The translations under genes were made by a program, and so were the position numbers. From Podarcis cretensis (Eukaryota), in NCBI GenBank assembly GCA_951804945.1, contig OX638150.1, forward strand, positions 63,178,001 to 63,242,000: 64,000 nucleotides of DNA. Direction: 5' to 3'. Positions within the stretch are counted from its first letter, which is position 1; every line of letters starts with the position of its first letter. Below, in pieces: positions 62,091 to 64,000 of this stretch. Under the pieces are notes generated by a model. The model was not told the DNA's origin and did not search any database. It saw only the letters and a list, made by a program, of their open reading frames with translations.

Positions 62091-64000
62091 GTAAGCCCTG
62101 GGCTTTTCTTACCTCCTGTGCTGGAGGGCTGCATCTCTATATTGAAAACTGACAATAGAAAACTGGTGTCAGGTAGGAGGTGTGTGTGCACGCAACTCCC
62201 ACAGCAGCAGCTGCAACGCAGACATGGCCCAGAAGGACTCCCCAATGCTGCTGCTTTGCCTGTAGCCACAACCAACTTCAGGAAACACACCAAGCAGACA
62301 CCTGATTTCCTGCATCAGCTTCAGCTTGGAGTCACAAACGACTGTGCTGGTCCCCTGGGTTGGATGTGCATTTGCTCTTGGCTGGTGCACAAGCACCCTG
62401 GGGACACTGCTGAGTTACTGTCTCTCTCTGCAGCTTGCAAGACATTGATCTGGCAGGTGGGAGCGTACACTGCCCACCCCAAACGACAGCCACACCTGAA
62501 ATGCAGGGCAGGGGGGATGGACAGACACCAGGGACACAAGTGATATTGCAGTGGTATCTAAAGAATATCTGCCTAGGCTATGGTCCCTTTAATTTTTACA
62601 AAACCAGAATGGGGACGGGGTGATCACAACAAAAACTGCCAGGAAGTCGACACCTAAACATACAAAATTCCTGTAGTTCACTCCAGCTCAGTGCTGGATG
62701 AAAAGGCACAGGTCCCAAGATTGTGTACCCTATTCATGGGTGCTAGTCCTCTGTGACCCATTTCCTATACCCCTATGGTGTCCTGGATATACAACTAAGG
62801 ACACATTTATCAAGGGGCTGGCTGCCATGCCATATGAACTGTTTACTCTTAAGCAGGCTTCAGCATGATGCTAGGCACCTCTGTCAAATGTCCTGCGTGT
62901 TTCTGAAAGCAACGCTGATGAATCAGTAGGAGGCATACATCCTTCTGAGTCAGTGCATAGTGCAGCTTGCATGAATTCAGGATGTGAAAGGGCAGCACAC
63001 TCCTGGAGATACCATCTTCTCCACTGGGGAGAAAAGTAACAACAACAACAAGATTCTAACCATTCACTGTAAATCTTTATCAGTGTTTTCCTTATGCCAT
63101 AGGGGTGTCGGTCCCAGAAAGCTGACAGAATTCAGAGAAATAATTTGATTTTGCTTAGTTGAATCTTCTGGTTAGTGTTTGATGAATAGTGTCTTCAGAT
63201 TGCTTTTCTAAGAATGGTGGGTGGAATTGTTTTTCTTTGACAAAATTGGCTGGCTTTCAGTAGAGTAGAAACTGAACCCTTTGAATTGACAGAAAATCTT
63301 GTGAATCTCAGACAGCTGCCAAAAATGCAAATTTGAAAATATGTGCCATGTAGATAGTCTTTGACAATTTAGGTTTTTTCCCCATTTTAATCCACTGATT
63401 AGGATACAATGGGGATTTAATTGGGTTCTTGGCTGAACCACAGTCACTCCAGTGATCTTGTCAAGTCATTTAGATTCAGCTTTCACCTTAAAGTCCTTGC
63501 TCTAAGTCCCCCAGATCATCTCAGTTTCCTATTACTGTACCTATTTCCTCATCTTTGTAACCAAAGATGCTAAGGAATGATTCTCGACCTTCTACAAGCA
63601 AAGCATGTGCTCTATCACTGAACTATGGTCCCATCACAAGCAAGTTATTATGATAGGGGGTACCTCCAATTCTAGAGTTATAGAGTTCTCAGATGGCAAC
63701 CTGGGCATTTGCACATACATTTAAGGTAACTGGAAATCAAGGGAGCTATTGTAGACTTGGCACTGCTCAGACATGCAAGGTTTTTTTTTGCAGTATCCAC
63801 ACAATGACATCAAAGTGTCATCCCGTTCTCCTCACTCCCATTCTCACTTAATCCACATTTACTGTTTGCAGTTTTTGTTTTAACCTATTGGGTTTTCCAT
63901 AGAAATGTTCAATCTAGATTAAAGTTGCAGCCTGCACTGTAGATCCTACATTGAGCTGGTGTTGCATTAGATGACCTCCAAGGTCCCTTTAGCACAATGA

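Overview
Eukaryotic genomic DNA from a squamate reptile. The repeat content (Sauria SINE, BovB, L2, CR1-tail SINE, many hAT/Tigger MITEs) points to a lizard, probably a lacertid; the species is an inference. The window holds the complete caudal-type homeobox gene CDX1 on the + strand (3 coding exons, 259-260 aa, ~28 kb intron 1) and the first two coding exons of the proline transporter gene SLC6A7 on the + strand, matching the vertebrate PDGFRB-CDX1-SLC6A7 gene order. The CDX1 proximal promoter (two TCF/LEF sites, TATA-like box) and a CpG-rich intronic enhancer with a perfect DR2 retinoic-acid element are readable. The rest is intronic or intergenic DNA dense in transposons. Most ORFs in the supplied track are spurious. 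Top leads: an out-of-frame uORF overlapping the CDX1 start; an Arg24His change in the CDX1 homeodomain; a solo LTR with an intact 119-aa ORF carrying an HMGN-like RRSARL motif; a nested composite hAT element that appears to carry captured DNA; a TSD-flanked ORF1-only L1; and HMG-POU composite sites in CDX1 regulatory DNA. Comparisons to other species are from memory and need checking.
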